A stretch of DNA of 62,833 nt, the filler included, from Folioceros fuciformis (Eukaryota), in the NCBI GenBank assembly GCA_049999805.1. It is 5 parts of 4 records of this genome, joined end to end, with 100 filler letters (N's around TTAATTAATTAA, not from the genome) between each part and the next. Parts side by side here need not be neighbours in the genome. Positions count along the whole stretch, not along the records: positions 1 to 21,233 come from JBNGIO010005752.1; 4 more parts are not named here. One strand, 5' to 3'. The position numbers were made by a program, and so were the translations under genes. Every line of letters begins with the position of its first letter. Position 1 is the first letter of the stretch. The notes under the pieces are model-generated. The model saw only the letters and a list, made by a program, of their open reading frames with translations, ran no database searches and was not told the origin of the DNA. Below are positions 1 to 13,500 of this stretch, piece after piece.

Positions 1-810
1 GGGTGGACAAGAGAGGATGTGAATTGATGTCTGTGTCCGGGATTGCTGCATCTACTAGGGGGAAAATTTGGAGCAGACGGTCTGCCCTTCATGACAAAAG
101 CCAAGGTTTCGGATTGGCGCAACTAAGAAGGAAGTCCCAAGGAAAGCAATGTTCTACTTTCCTATCATCCCTCGTCTACGGTGTCTATTTGCGTGCTCCA
201 TAAATGCATGTAAGCTTACATGGTGGAAATAGAATAAGAGCACTGATGGTAGCACGAGAATCTTGGCAGATACTCCGGCTTGGCAGGCCCTCGACGCTGT
301 GGATGGGTTTGGCTTGGAAGACCGGAATATTAGGCTTGGCATTTCTAGTGATGGGTTCAATCCAGGAGGTAATTGTTCATCTTTTTACTCTATCTAGCCC
401 GTCTTCCTTTTGATTCACAATCTTCCTCCATGGTTGACAACAAAGAAGCAGCATGTCCTCATGCCTATCATAATCCCAGGCCCCAAATAGGTGAGGAATA
501 TAGATGTCTTTTTATAGCCTTTGGTGCAAGAGCTGGCACAATTGTGTGTAGGTGTTATGGCAACAAATCACTCCAAGGCGGTGTCATATCCCACTCATTG
601 CTTTCGTCTACGAGCGGCCCTTGTGCATGCCACATGTGACTACCCTGGGCTTGAGGCACTATTCAGCTTGGAAGTGAGAGGATACGGTTGTTGTGTCTAC
701 TGCGAACCTCAGTTGGAAGCACGTTGGTCGGAAGCTTTAGAAAAGGTTCTGTGTGATGGATACCGTAGATGGTGCCTGTGGCCACATGATGACTGTAGAC
801 AAGCGTAGGT
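1..810 (+). mobile_element. CACTA/En-Spm transposase (Transposase_21/TnpD-like) remnant, pseudogenised, truncated by window start
   Basis: Manual translation across stops gives ...PRKAMFYFPIIPRLRCLF..., DTPAWQALD..FGLEDRNIRLGISSDGFNPGG, HNLPPWLTTKK..IIPGPK*VRNIDVFL*PLVQEL and FRLRAALVHATCDYPGL..GYGCCVYC. These are the ordered motifs of CACTA transposases. Confidence 0.8.
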
Positions 811-1899
811 ATGAAGACTTCTCTCGAAATAATCAAACAACAAGACTTAGTAGTTTTTTCTTTTTCTTTTTTCTATTTTGAATGAAAGAGTGATTGAATA
901 CGGCCTGGGCGATTCCTTTTATACCCAAGAGTCTCCTTGGCTCATGGCAGTTCAATCTCCGGCATGGTTTTGGGTTAACCAATAACAAGTCCTCGGGTCT
1001 TGACAATTGCGAGAGGCCGGGTTCGAAGTTCCTTAGACAGTGGCGGAATTGTTTGGTTACAATAGCTCGTTCTCGGCTCATGACCTATGAGGATGGACTA
1101 GGCAGGAATCTCCTTGGCTCTTGGTGGGTTGGAATAACCAAGAGCCTGTACAAAGGGGAGGGGAGCGTATTCCACCACGGTTGTGTGTTTAGGTGAGGTG
1201 GTGGCTTGCACCCCTACGATGGCTAAAAAGTACGCCAACTTGGCCAAAGCAAAGCCAACAACCCTAGTGGCGGATTCGATGTGGCCGAGAAGTGAAGGAA
1301 CTACCAGTCACGGAGTGCATCTAGAAGAGAGTGTCAGCAGAACATCATGGCTAGGAGCAACCTTGGCGTTAGTGGACCAGCCAGAAAGAAGGAAGCGGAG
1401 TAAGGGCCGAGCGGAGACAGTAAGCGGCGTGGCGTCAGGTCAGTGTGAAGCGTGGAATAGAATCCCCACACGAAAGGAAGAGCAGGAGATGCAGGGGACG
1501 TCACGGAGAGAGGGAGTGAGCGGCAAGGGAAGGAAGACGAGCAGCCAGGGGAAATTAGGTCTAGAGCAGGCATGTGATGGTAGCTCAAGCGGAGACAATG
1601 ATTTCTACCACCTCGTGGCCCAACATGGACCACTAGAAGATAAAAGAGGGTGGTTTGGTGCAGGAGCTGGGACTTGGCTTTATGGAGAAGAAGTGGTGTC
1701 ACAACAGTCCTGTTCTAGTGCAGGAGTGTGCCCGTTTTCTGAGGAACATGGGACCTGAAGAAACTCTAAGGCAGAGGCCCTAGAGTTGGAGCCTGGACTT
1801 GTTTCAAGAGGCTTATGGGCGAGAGAAGGCAGAGCAGGGAGGGGCAGTAATCGATCTACAAAGGAAAAGGCCTTTAAAAGCTGTAGTAGCTGCGCTCAT

Positions 1900-3236
1900 G
1901 AGGCCTGGAGAAGCAAGGACTAATCGTGTTTAGGTGATGCGACAGCTAAATTCAGGGCAGTTGGTGGGGCTGGCCAATGGGTCTTATGCTTCCTACAGAG
2001 TAAAAAGTTAGACCACATTGCTGAACATTGCCTGGTGTTTCTCCATCAGGTAGTCAACAGGGCGCGAGTGGATTGGACCCAGATCATTTTTGAGCGGGCC
2101 TGTGAGGAGAGAGCCAATTTGCTATCCACTTCAACCCATCCCTCCTTCATCTTGACATTTTTATTCACCCTTTCACACACACTAAGTGTCTGACAGAGTT
2201 AGAGGTAGTGTCCTCCCTCCACAATTGGAAGCCAGTCCGAGAGGTCACGGTGGAAGAAGGTGAACATAAGGAAGTCTTGGGGGAGGACTCTAGCAGTTGG
2301 GAACCCGACTCCCCTGGGGATTCTAAGGAAGGGGTCGTGGCGACCAGGAAGAGGAAGGGCTGAGCATTTGGAAGAAGGGTGGCGAAGAGAGGGAAGAGCC
2401 TAGCAACGGAGCAAGCAGTAGCAACCCCGCCTCGAGTCACCACGTCTCGGGGTGCCGCCGGAGCGCAAGAGGAGCGAGGAGGAAAACAGGCTGACCTCTA
2501 TCCCGGATAGAAAAATGAAGCGCCAAGTCTTAACGAGTCAGTGATTGGGGCTGGAGGGCCAACGGGGACAGAAGAGGCTGTCGAGGAGTGGAAGAATATT
2601 TTCGAGATCACTCCTTTGAGCGTCCCAGCAAGAGTGGAGGCCAGAAGCGTGGCCCACGTGAAGGAGTGGTTGTGGAAAATGATGGATGTAGGGGCCACAT
2701 TGATCTGGAATTTACACGGACTAACTACTGCCATGGCTCAGACGCAGGCGGACCTCCTCAACCAGGCTGCCATGGCACTCACATGGCTCAGCATGCAGGG
2801 GCAACAAGAGCATCTGCTAAGGGTTCGGTTGGTAGAGGTGGAAGGCAAAAGCAAAGTCGCCGAGGAACACAAGCAGGCGAGTGAGGAATTACTAGGTAAA
2901 ATGCAGGGAGAGTTGGAGGTGATGGCGAAGCTGCAGGGAGAGTTGGAGGTCATGGCGAAGTAACAGGAAGCCTTGGTGAATCCGGAGAAGACAGCCCATG
3001 CCACCATCAAAGAGCTTCAAAATGAGATATCCATGACCTAGGAGCCAGTGGCAACATTGGAGAGATTTAAAAAGCTAGCCGAGAGGTATAAGAGAGAGTG
3101 GGATGAGGCTAAGGCTAGGGTTAAGAGTGAGGCGGTGAGGTCAAAGAAGGGGAGAGTTTCTGCTACAGCCGTGGCCGAAGCCACCACTGTGGTGGAATCG
3201 AACACAGTTTGCGGAGCTGGGCATCGGAGTAGCTGA
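1900..3236 (+). other. Degenerate ORF with coiled-coil C-terminus, probably a retroelement accessory ORF
   Basis: Broken frame ...LHQVVNRARVDWTQIIFERACEE... followed by coiled-coil ORFs 2541-2963 and 3048-3236. It has internal stops and no splice structure, and lies in TE context. The family assignment is only a resemblance. Confidence 0.3.
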
Positions 3237-4155
3237 GTAACCGTGGCGAAAGGAGGAACGGAAGTAGAGAGCCAGCCATCAATAAGACTAATACATATGA
3301 GCACGCAACTCCCTTGCAATGCAGAAGGCAGCCACCCCAGGACTGTCCACGGGAGGAGTGGGTAAGCACTTGTCCAGTAGAGTGCCCATTGTGCTGCGAC
3401 GTAGGGATGAGGATGTCCATGTTCTTGCTTCCAATTGTATGGTGAGTGGGTGCTCACTCTGAATGTGTATGTAGTGGTTGGAACACGAGGCGACAGGAAT
3501 TGCTGGCTACAATTTTTAACAACCACAGGCTGTTACCACTGGTTCTTGCGAATGGGTGCTGGAGCATACTCTTCACAGGTGAGCTTGTAGGAGATGATTA
3601 AAGGGGAGGTACGGGCTTGGGTGGAAGACCACACGGTGTGGTTGTCCAATGATGAAGAACTAAGGAGAAGCCCTAGGCAAATGGAAAGGGCTGTGGACAG
3701 TGGGAGTGAGGTAGAGCTATTGTGGGAAGATCTTCCGAATCAGCGGCGGGGCCGAACGGCCAGAGGGTTTCTTGGAGGTCGAGACGACCACAACGGAGAC
3801 GGGCACGGTAGTCTAGGGGACACTAGGTCAGATTTTTATTATAGTATAACAATTCATAAAGTCTAAACCAGGTAGTGTTGACTGTAGAAACGTGCTAGGA
3901 ACCTTTAATTATTTTTTAAGACTCTGAAAGGCTGCTGCACTAATAGTGCTCCAAGGCCGGCTATATAAGGGACGGGGTTGCATCCCTCTCGGTAGACAAT
4001 TCTAGGTGTGAACTTCTGTGTGTTGAATTTGTGTGCTGTGGGTTGGATACATCCGATCGATGGTGGCGTGATTCGGCATGTTGTCCTCTTGTCACAAGAG
4101 GACCAAGAAGATCCTTGGGGTGGTTGAGAGCTGCGTGACTAGCTCCACGACTAGT

Positions 4156-4784
4156 GTGGCTAGTGGAAGGGGTGCTCTGCTCCTGTGAGGAAGAGAAATT
4201 TCTACAGAAGGTCAGGGTGGGAACACGAGTTTTGTGAAACCCTTGGAAAGCCGAGAGAGAACGCGACTTTCATGAAACTCTTGAGAAGCCGTCCGGCTGT
4301 GATTTTTCCCTTCCTCACTCAGCTGTCGAACCATACCATGTTTAATCTCTTTAAGGGGACTATATGTCCCAAGGAGGGGAGTGTGTGGCCTAGGAGGGGT
4401 CTTTGTGGCCCAAGGAGGGGACTGTGTGTCCTAAGAAGAGGCCTGTGTGGCCTAGGAGAGGTCTATGTGGCCCAAGGAGGGGGCTGTGTGTCCCAAGGAG
4501 AGGCTTGTGTGGCCTAGGAGGGGTCTGTGTGGCCCAAGGAGGGGACTATGTGTCATAAGGAGAGGCCTATGTGGCCTAGGAGGGGACTGTGTGTCCCAAG
4601 GGCTGGGGTGGCTAGTGGAGAAGGGTGCTATGGGCCGGGAGGAAGGGGAATTTTTGCAGAAGGTCAGGGTGGGAACACTAGTTTCGCGAAACCCCTGGAA
4701 AGCCGAGAGGGAGCGCGAGTTTCGCGAAACTCTTGTGAGCCACCTAGTTGTAATTTCTCCCTTCCTCACGCCGCTATCTAACCA
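4156..4784. repeat. ~21-bp minisatellite (GGCCCAAGGAGGGGACTGTGT-like, ~4352-4605) bracketed by a diverged ~175-bp direct duplication (4156-4332 / 4608-4784)
   Basis: Both flanks read GTGGCTAGTGGA...AGAAGGTCAGGGTGGGAACAC...GGAAAGCCGAG...CCCTTCCTCAC. The 7-aa periodicity (RRGLCGP) in the ORF track reflects the 21-bp unit. Confidence 0.8.
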
Positions 4785-5111
4785 AACCTAGTTCAATCTC
4801 CGTGAGAAGTCTGTGTGGCTTAAGGAGGAGAATTGAGTGAAGATTTAGTGCAGGTGACGTATGAGTGTTTGGAATTGTGAAGCGCTGAGGAAGATTGATG
4901 ACAAATTGAGTGGAGATTTGATGTGTGAGAAGTGAAAATAGTTGAGATTGAGAAGTGTTGAGAAAGATTGTTGATAGATTGAGTGGTGAATTAGTGAGAA
5001 TCAGAGATGCAGNNNNNNNNNNNNNNNNNNNNNNNNNNNNNNNNNNNNNNNNNNNNNNNNNNNNNNNNNNNNNNNNNNNNNNNNNNNNNNNNNNNNNNNN
5101 NNNNNNNNNNN

Positions 5112-5541
5112 NGCGCCGCGATGCAGCTGCCCTAATCTGCATCTACCAATGAGATCTAGTTGTAGAATGACGAAAGAATGGGTGTGCATGAAACTCAACC
5201 TGCTCATGCTGTAGCTCCCTCACAAGCGCAGCCAGAAACCCCGTGTCCTCCAGGCGCCGCGACACGTGCGTGCGCCGGACGGGTGTGTCCACCGTGGTGG
5301 CTGAATCCACTACCAAGATTGCGAAACTCCCTGCATTGGCAGAGTTAGGGACGAAGGTGGTAAGCTCAAGTATGGTGGTGGAGTACGTCTAAATAGGAAC
5401 TGAAAGTGGATAGTCTAGAAGTCATAAATTTGGAACAACTTGACACAAACCATTCCCTTGGGATCGAATCCTAGGACTATAACGACATAAAGGGTGAATG
5501 TGGGCCTCATTGTGTTCTCGGACATAGAATTTCACTCCACA
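5112..5541 (+). mobile_element. 3' end of a large LTR (family shared with 42339-43798 and 47531-49097)
   Basis: The block TTGACAC..TCCCTTGGGATCGAATC..ACTA.AACGACA.A.AGGG..TGTGG.CC..CTCCACA recurs at ~43695-43798 and ~48996-49097, and each copy ends in CCACA. Confidence 0.6.
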
Positions 5542-6669
5542 GTCGTGAAGCACCATCAATGCTCCTCGTGCCATACCTGTACCACCAATGGACACCTATT
5601 ACACTGTACATAGGGTAGAATACAGTCTGTTTTGGAGATTGCGCATCCGTCCTTGCATTGCCCTTGTCCACGTATGCAAGGTGCCGCATGTCAGAAATCC
5701 CGGTTTTGGGCTATTGTCGGAAACCGTTGATCCAACGTCGGTACTGGACCCAGTGGTGGGACAAAATAGGCTCCGTTCCTATCGAGTCAAGACAGGACCC
5801 GTCTCGTTCCGTTCGATAGAAGGGGAACTAGGGAGGTATATAATGTACGGGGAACGATATGCCAAATCGTCAATGCAAAATTGAGCACGATATTTAATAC
5901 ATGCATATCACAATCCCATGTCGCAAAACCCCCATCATAAATCTAATGATTTTGTCAAAGCTATGTCTTAAATACTATCATAAATGGCCTCAAAATGTAG
6001 TAGTGAAGGCATATCGATTGTTGCTATACACTATACAATGGTTTTGTTTCTCAATGAGTCACTATTATAAACAAAGTTTGTTGTAGTAGACAAGGTCTTA
6101 CATTTTAGGTTTCCTCCATGTAAGAGAGGCCATGTAAAAAGATGCGTTGTTAGGTTTTTCAACACCTCCTAAACAGGTGACATCCTCATGTTTTCTTGTA
6201 TTGATTTTCCTAGGCTTAGTGTACAAGAGAAGTTAGCACTGACTCTTTTGTCCTCCTTTGTGGGATGTGAGCGTAGCTCATGGTATCAGTGACTACAGAA
6301 GAGTGAGAACTAGACATCCGGTGTATGAAGTAGGTAAGTTCTATATGTGCACCTAATGTCCAAGTACAGACAAGCCTTCTATCAATGCTGTTGTACTAGA
6401 GTTTCTCTTTTTCAAGCATTCTCCTCATTTGACAAAGTCACCCATACTAATATGGATTTATATCCTATAAATTGGGAATGTTCCACTAACTTGACCGACC
6501 CCTCTGTTCCAAACTCTCATCCATTGAGCATTGCACTTGCTGGGTGTTAAGGAATGCTAGTAGTAAGGCTGGTATGGGCAGCCCATCACCTGCACTTCTC
6601 AACAATTTTGATGCACCCATAGTAGTGGACCGACCATGAATCCAACTAGAGTTTTGCTTCAAGGGATTT

Positions 6670-7175
6670 CCGAAGGGGACTTTTTGCTGCCAAGTTTCAT
6701 CAAATCGGAATTTTAGTACCGAAGGGGACTTTTTGCTGCCAAGTTTCATCAAATCGGAATTTTAGTACCGAAGGGGACTTTTTGCTGCCAAGTTTCATCA
6801 AATCGGAATTTNNNNNNNNNNNNNNNNNNNNNNNNNNNNNNNNNNNNNNNNNNNNNNNNNNNNNNNNNNNNNNNNNNNNNNNNNNNNNNNNNNNNNNNNN
6901 NNNNNNNNNNNATCGGAATTTCGGTACCGAAGGGGACTTCTTGCTGCCAAGTTTCATCAAATCGGAATTTCGGTACCGAAGGGGACTTCTTGCTGCCAAG
7001 TTTCATCAAATCGGAATTTCGGTACCGAAGGGGACTTCTTGCTGCCAAGTTTCATCAAATCGGAATTTCGGTACCGAAGGGGACTTCTTGCTGCCAAGTT
7101 TCATCGAATCGGAACGTCGGTACCGAAGAGGACTTATTGTTGCCAAGTTTCATCAAATCGGAATTTCGGTGCCGA
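6670..7175. repeat. 49-bp tandem repeat array spanning an assembly gap
   Basis: The unit CCGAAGGGGACTTCTTGCTGCCAAGTTTCATCAAATCGGAATTTCGGTA repeats head-to-tail on both sides of the N gap, with no unique spacers. Confidence 0.95.
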
Positions 7176-7562
7176 TGAAACCGAGATCGGATTATGTGTA
7201 GGTGATAAACTGTCATGAGAAGACGACTCGTTAGATTGAATGTAAAACTGATGTAACTGTGCCTTAATTTACAATTAATCGAATTCGGACAGGCGACCAA
7301 AAATTGGAGTCAAAGCGGGAAACCGGGTTAGTCAGTCTGGGCATAACGAGGCAAGCATTCGGTAGTATACAACCGGAGTCCTCAGAAAACGAATGAAGGT
7401 GGACTGTCCAGCACTGCGACCGCGTCCAATCACAAGCCCACATCCTATCATCACAACCACTGGACTTGGTAGCTCCGATTTGGACGGCGGTCACCCAGCC
7501 AGAAGTACAGCGACTTCTTTTATAAAGGATTTCTCCGCATTTTGGCGTCGGAAGCCGTGTTA

Positions 7563-10500
7563 CTACTTTGAAGAACCAGGGGTAGTTTGCTTGTCCGGCG
7601 TGATCTGATGAGGCACAGGCACGGTATCTACAGGGACGTAAGCATAGCCTTTGGGAAGTCTCAAATTTTGCATCGAAGCCTCGATTGGGGTCATAAGCTT
7701 TTCTCTGTGCAATGGTTCCTGCTACAATCATCCGTTTGACTGAGTTCAGTATCCACATTCCACAAAAACCTTGAAGTGTAACGCCTCAAACCCTTGAAGA
7801 GAGTAGGTGGGATCGACTGAACTGACCTTCGGCCTTTTATGCTTCCTACGGTCTTCCGGCTGGCTTGTGCGAGAGGAAGATTGAACCACTTTGTCGTTGG
7901 CAACTCTTAACATAGTAGAAGGAAGGGAGCCGTCTGCGGAGCATCATTGTAGTAATGTTATTTTCATGCTGAGCTTGTGCTCAGCTGACATTTCATGTTA
8001 GTCTATTAGGAAAACAAGATCCCCCTCACGCTCGATCACCTGTCCATGGCTTCTCATCAGCTCCTTTATGGGCCTTATTAGGAGGACCATGTGCTGAATA
8101 TCCGTCAGGAAGAAGCTGCTCAGACAGTCCTTGGATGCTGTCAGGAAGAGTCGCAACACGTAGCTGATGGATACCAATATCCTTCGAAGTATGCAGGAGA
8201 TCTCGCTGCCAAGCAACATTAAAAGTCCTTCAGATTTGCAAGCTCACAGCAAACTTCTGTCTTCGCACTCCAGGAGGAAGCGTGCAGGGTTTCTCTTCAC
8301 TCACCTTCACTTTCTCCCGTCGTACAATGCGCTCACAAATCAGGCGCACTTTTTCAAAATCTACCTGCACTTGAAACATTTTGTAACCTCGTCAAGAAAG
8401 ACACAAGTACAAAGAAAATGCTTTGTGAAACACAAGTTCTCGGCATTGCAGAGCCACTGATGGCACAACTTACCCGTATCTGTTTCAGTACTTGCAGTTC
8501 ATCAGAGCCTCCCCTCTGCTTTAATTCAGCCTGCTCATTAAAAATGACTTGTTTAGGAGATATTCAAAATGCAACTAGAGAGATCACAGAGCTCTTAGAG
8601 AGTATTAGAAGGGGAAGTTGCATGTTGGTTCAATTGTTATTTCTTTCGCAAATTCTAGTCTTGAAAACCGCTGCTACCTTGGCTCTCTGCTGAGGGCTGT
8701 GGCGCTCGCAGTAAGCCCTGTATTGAACTCGGCCACCAGAGCTAGATTTAACATTCATGTACAGGCCATAATCCCGGGCACAGGATGGGTGGAAAGCACC
8801 ATGACAATGCCCAAAGTTACACTGCAGGTGAAGTTGACAGATACAGTTCAATCACACGCATTTGTTCAGCAAAACATGTCAGCGCACAGATATCCTGTCA
8901 CAGGCTTGATGACTAGATAAGCTTATGGCTCTTAGCAGAGAGTGTAGCGACTTAGACATATTTAACTATGATAAACGGCAAAGACTATCTCCTTGGACCT
9001 CTGCTTTCACTGTGGCACATACATCATCCCTGGACCCCTTCTTTGACTGACACCAACAACAGAGATTTACCTCCAGGTAATCAAATGTACTGCCAAAAGT
9101 TTGCAAGAGTAGCCAGTGGACCAACTTTTGCCAGTTCAACGGGCAGGGCAATAAGACATCTGAGAAACTAGAGACTCTGTCTCACCTCACATGTTCGCTT
9201 TTGGTATATTACATTTCAACCCAGACGCAAAGTACATACCGTCAGGCAAGCACCCTGCTGACGGCGGCAAATGCTACACAGCAAACCATATGGATCAAGT
9301 AACACAGTTTCCTGCACGCAATCCAAGAAGCTCTTCAAATTTAAGAAGCACACAAACGCAAACCACCTCATGGGACTGACCAGAGGCAATGTCCTATCGT
9401 ACGAAGTATGAGCTCGTGAGTCCGGAGGTAGACTATTTGAATCCTTAAGCAGGTTGTTTTCTCAGAATATAGATGACTAACTTGCACTTAAATCCTAAAG
9501 ATGAGGTTATGTCACTTACCAAGCCTTCAATGGGCGCAGCCTGATCTTTTCCAGCCGTTGTCTCTGGCAACCACTGTTCAGGACATCGAGTTACTTGACA
9601 AGATCAAACAAGACAAAAATGCAAATTGAACTAGTAAGAAAGTAAGCCGCTAGAGCCCAAGACGTCCACCTCTCAAGTAATGCATCGAAAATTGCTCTAC
9701 CTGTGCACAGAAAACATGTACCCATCGACCATCACTTGTGCGCTTGAATGCTCCTGTTCGGGCAGGACATACTGCACACAGGACACCTGGACCCAGCTTC
9801 CCGGTGTTGTCCATCACCGGCTTCATATTGTGGAATGAGCGCTGCATTTCACTACATGGCTGACACAACCATGCGCCCAAAGGAACTCTACCTACACCAT
9901 AACATTCCTGATGCACCACAACCTGCCAGAATTTTCCAGCAAACAGACAAGAGTGAGCTTGGAAAGCCTTTCATTCTGCAATGTGTACGAATCCAGAGGA
10001 AAGGTGAACACCTTGCAGCGTTCACAGCACACAAGCTTGTTCGCACGAAGTTCACCAATTCCACAAATGTTGCATAAAGGAGTTTCATCTTCGAAACATC
10101 CTGTGTTCTCCCTATACAATCCAGACTTGCCGACTTTTGCAACTGATAATTTTGATGTTGTTCCCTTCACATGTAACCCTGAACGAGAAGAGCTAGCTGG
10201 ACGGCCAGCTGAAAGAACAAGCTTTGGAGGTCTTGGGACAGGGGGCTTTGTTGCTCGAGAAAGATTAAGGGCTCCACCACTAACAGCAGCAGGCATAAGG
10301 CTTTGGCCAAAATTTGGCTCCAGGCCAACATCAGAGGCTTGGGTCATAGGCTCCTCATGCAAGGATACCCCAGGGGTATCACGCCTCATATAACTGACTC
10401 GAGGAGAAGCAGCAGCAGCAGCTGTTGCTGCAGCTAAAACTGCCTGCGCTTCCTTGTCTCGCTTCTCTTTCCTCCCTTGTTTCTTGGCTTCTTTAGCTTG

Positions 10501-13500
10501 CGCTTGGAAATGCTTCACTAAGGCTAGTTCCTGCAAATGCTTTTGTTCAGTTTGTCGCTCATCTGGTAGAATGTGAAGCAGTCTTGAGATAAGTGTATCT
10601 GATCATAACAGTCCCACACATCATAAGTTTTGCAGCCAACACGATAAGAACAATGAAACTAAATTTCCTTCATGTACATTGTCATCCAGGAATGTGAACG
10701 TACTGCAACGGGCATGGTTTGAGTATGCACAATCAACCAACTTGTCTTGTAAGAGTAAAATTTCTGCAACAATTTCATCTTCAGGAGCTAAATCCAATAC
10801 ACCCATTTGTTTTGCTTGTTTCAACTGTTTCCACTGAGCATTCCATGAATTCATGTCACCGTCATCGGGTTGAGTGTCAATCAAAATGCCATTCTCTGGT
10901 CTTGTCTGAAGACCATCTACGGAATCCTCAGGTGACAGGACCCCCAACACATCACATTTCTGTGCCAATACACATTCCTCTGCGTGAGACAAGAGCATTA
11001 TGATCAGAGAATTGGGGCAGGGTATTAACTAAGCACGACTGATCTTAAAATGAAAACATTTCAACCAGAACTTGCTCCTCACCCGTTGCTCCTTGGTTCT
11101 CATCTTTTCTGCCAATATCATGGCTTCTCTGAAAATTCTCAAGCTTCTTCAGCAAAAAAGGATGAGGACATGATTGTGACACTTCCTCTGCGCACCTGAG
11201 GGGCAACAAATTGGGGCATCTCAGTTGCCAACAAACAAGACGAGAAATAAAACAACCACATTGACCTAAACAAACCTAACTTGTAGTGACTTCGTGTTGA
11301 CAGTGATATGATGTGAACTTACTCAGATTTCAAATCATAACTTGAACCAGAATCCAAATTCTGCAAACACGTCTGAGCTTGTTTTTCCTCTTGTGGACTC
11401 CCACCTCTATCTGACCCAACATCTTGCTGACATCGCACAACACGGCCTGTTGCATCACTCACAATTTTGAAACGAAGGCGGGGCTGATCAATGTGAGGTC
11501 GATTCTCAAAACGCTTCCTAGAGACAGAAATGGCTGATGTCTCATTGCTGTTCTCTATGCCACACCCGACCACTATGCCATCTTTTGAGCAAGATTTAGA
11601 AACTGGCTCGGAAATGCCAGAATGCACATCGGAACTACCCTGTGGAACAGAGACTGCCGGTCTTAACAGTGCAGTTTCCTGTGCAGAGTCAGCCTTGGCA
11701 CCAGTGGCTTCAAACATTTCAGCCTCAACACCTGATGTATCCACCTGCAATCTTGTCACCGACATGCCAACAATACCAGAAGAGTTTCTACTTCGGCCCA
11801 TATCCAGATCATTCCCCTCGAAAACGTGCCCACCATTCTCAGTTTCCAGAAAATCCCCCTCCGCTCTTTCTTCAGACCCTACAGTCTTGTCACTGTCGGA
11901 TGACCTTTCCGGCACCACAAACTCAGACATTGAGGTCTGGTCTTCCTCTCCAGTCCCTGCCATGTGAAGGTTTTTGCCTTGAGATTCATTAAGTGATGCC
12001 CTTCTCTCCTGAAGCAAAAAAGAAAAGCTCAAACCCCAGCTTCAATACAAACAGAAAGCAACTTAAGACAATATAGGGACATTGCAAGATTCTCGAATTC
12101 ACATTCTGTGCATGCGAAATCAAGTACGTACAGCTTACAGACCTGCACAGTGGCTTGACTTGTACTTGCATCACCTCGCAGCCCCCGCTGCCTACGTTCC
12201 TCATCAAGTGACAAATCATACACATCGTCACCCGAATCCGCTATTCCTATCACTGCTGCCGGTTCAGAAGTAGGTTCATCTAGCAAACAAGCCTTAGAAT
12301 TGGAACATCTCTGAGGATCCTTGGAGCTGACATCTACTTCTCCGCCAGGGATGTCAACAATTCCTGCTGCATCTGCCTGATATTCCAACAAACAGCCGTC
12401 CTGGAACCCAGAGGGCACAGAATCAATGGAGAGCTTCTCCATTCCATTAACAGAATTATCTGTCTCATCAATGTCCGCCTGCTTACTAGTATGACATAGT
12501 TCCTTGGTCAAAGCAACCTTCCCAGAGGAGCTGCTATCATGGTTAGGATCTGCCTGCTCAGCAACCCTCTCCACCCGAAGTAACTCTGGAGCAAGAACCT
12601 TCTGCTCCTTTTCATCAACAGCTCTGGCAACCAGCAGTTTCGAAATGCTCTTGCCAGCAGCCGGTGGAGAATCTGCCGCAGCATCACAAGCTTCAGAGTA
12701 GCCCTTGTTTGCTGTTGCTAAGTGGACATCTCTGTTTAACCTGCAAATCTCCTCCTCATGAACTACACCAGGCACAGGCAGTGGTAAATCCTTTGCCTCC
12801 ACACCTTCAGGCTGGCCCTCAAGAAGACCGTCACCAAGTTCATTACTCTCACCACCTGAGGGATTTGTCCTTCCGCCTCTTGCTGATGAATGCTTTAGGC
12901 AAAAAGCTCGCAAGTCCACCTGTCAAGCGTAAAAGGTGTCAGCTGAGAAGTCAACAGTAGTAAGAGGAGATTCAGCAGTCACCTTACTGGACTAAGCTAG
13001 CCATGAAACTGAATCATATAGCCTGCCTGCGATCCCACGTTATCAGTCAATAGGGGCAGGTCCTATTGACTGATTCAGCCATCCACACGAGCAGTCATTT
13101 CAGTACTTACATCCTCACTGTCTTCTCTACTAGAGACTTCCATGCGAAATCTAGCATCCCTTGCACAGAGAGGATGGAACGCAGTGGCACAAAAACCTGG
13201 GCACAGAAAGAGTGGCAAACAGATTAGATGAGATTGTCTAGTTGGCAATTCTAATCTGTTTGAGTGGACTGCACGGGATCAACACAACAAGACAGCCTTT
13301 GCGGCATCTACATATTGACACACGAATGGCAGAAATTAGACAGCATGATCTGATAGGCATAGATGGGTGGCAAGGGATGAAGACAACAAGGCTTGTCTTT
13401 TGGCATTAACCACGCTCATCATAGACAGATATCCAGGGAACTGGCACAAGCTGGCCACACCAACAATAGGCTTAGAGGAAAGCAGTTTAGAGGATGGAGA

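Noticed and set aside
6282-6292. TGGTATCAG after CA, resembling a tRNA-Met PBS
   Set aside because: The match is only 9 nt, with no downstream gag and no confirmable LTR.
6670-7175. Palindrome-containing repeat array as a CRISPR array (likewise 21037-21530)
   Set aside because: Units are head-to-tail with no unique spacers, there are no cas genes, and the context is eukaryotic.
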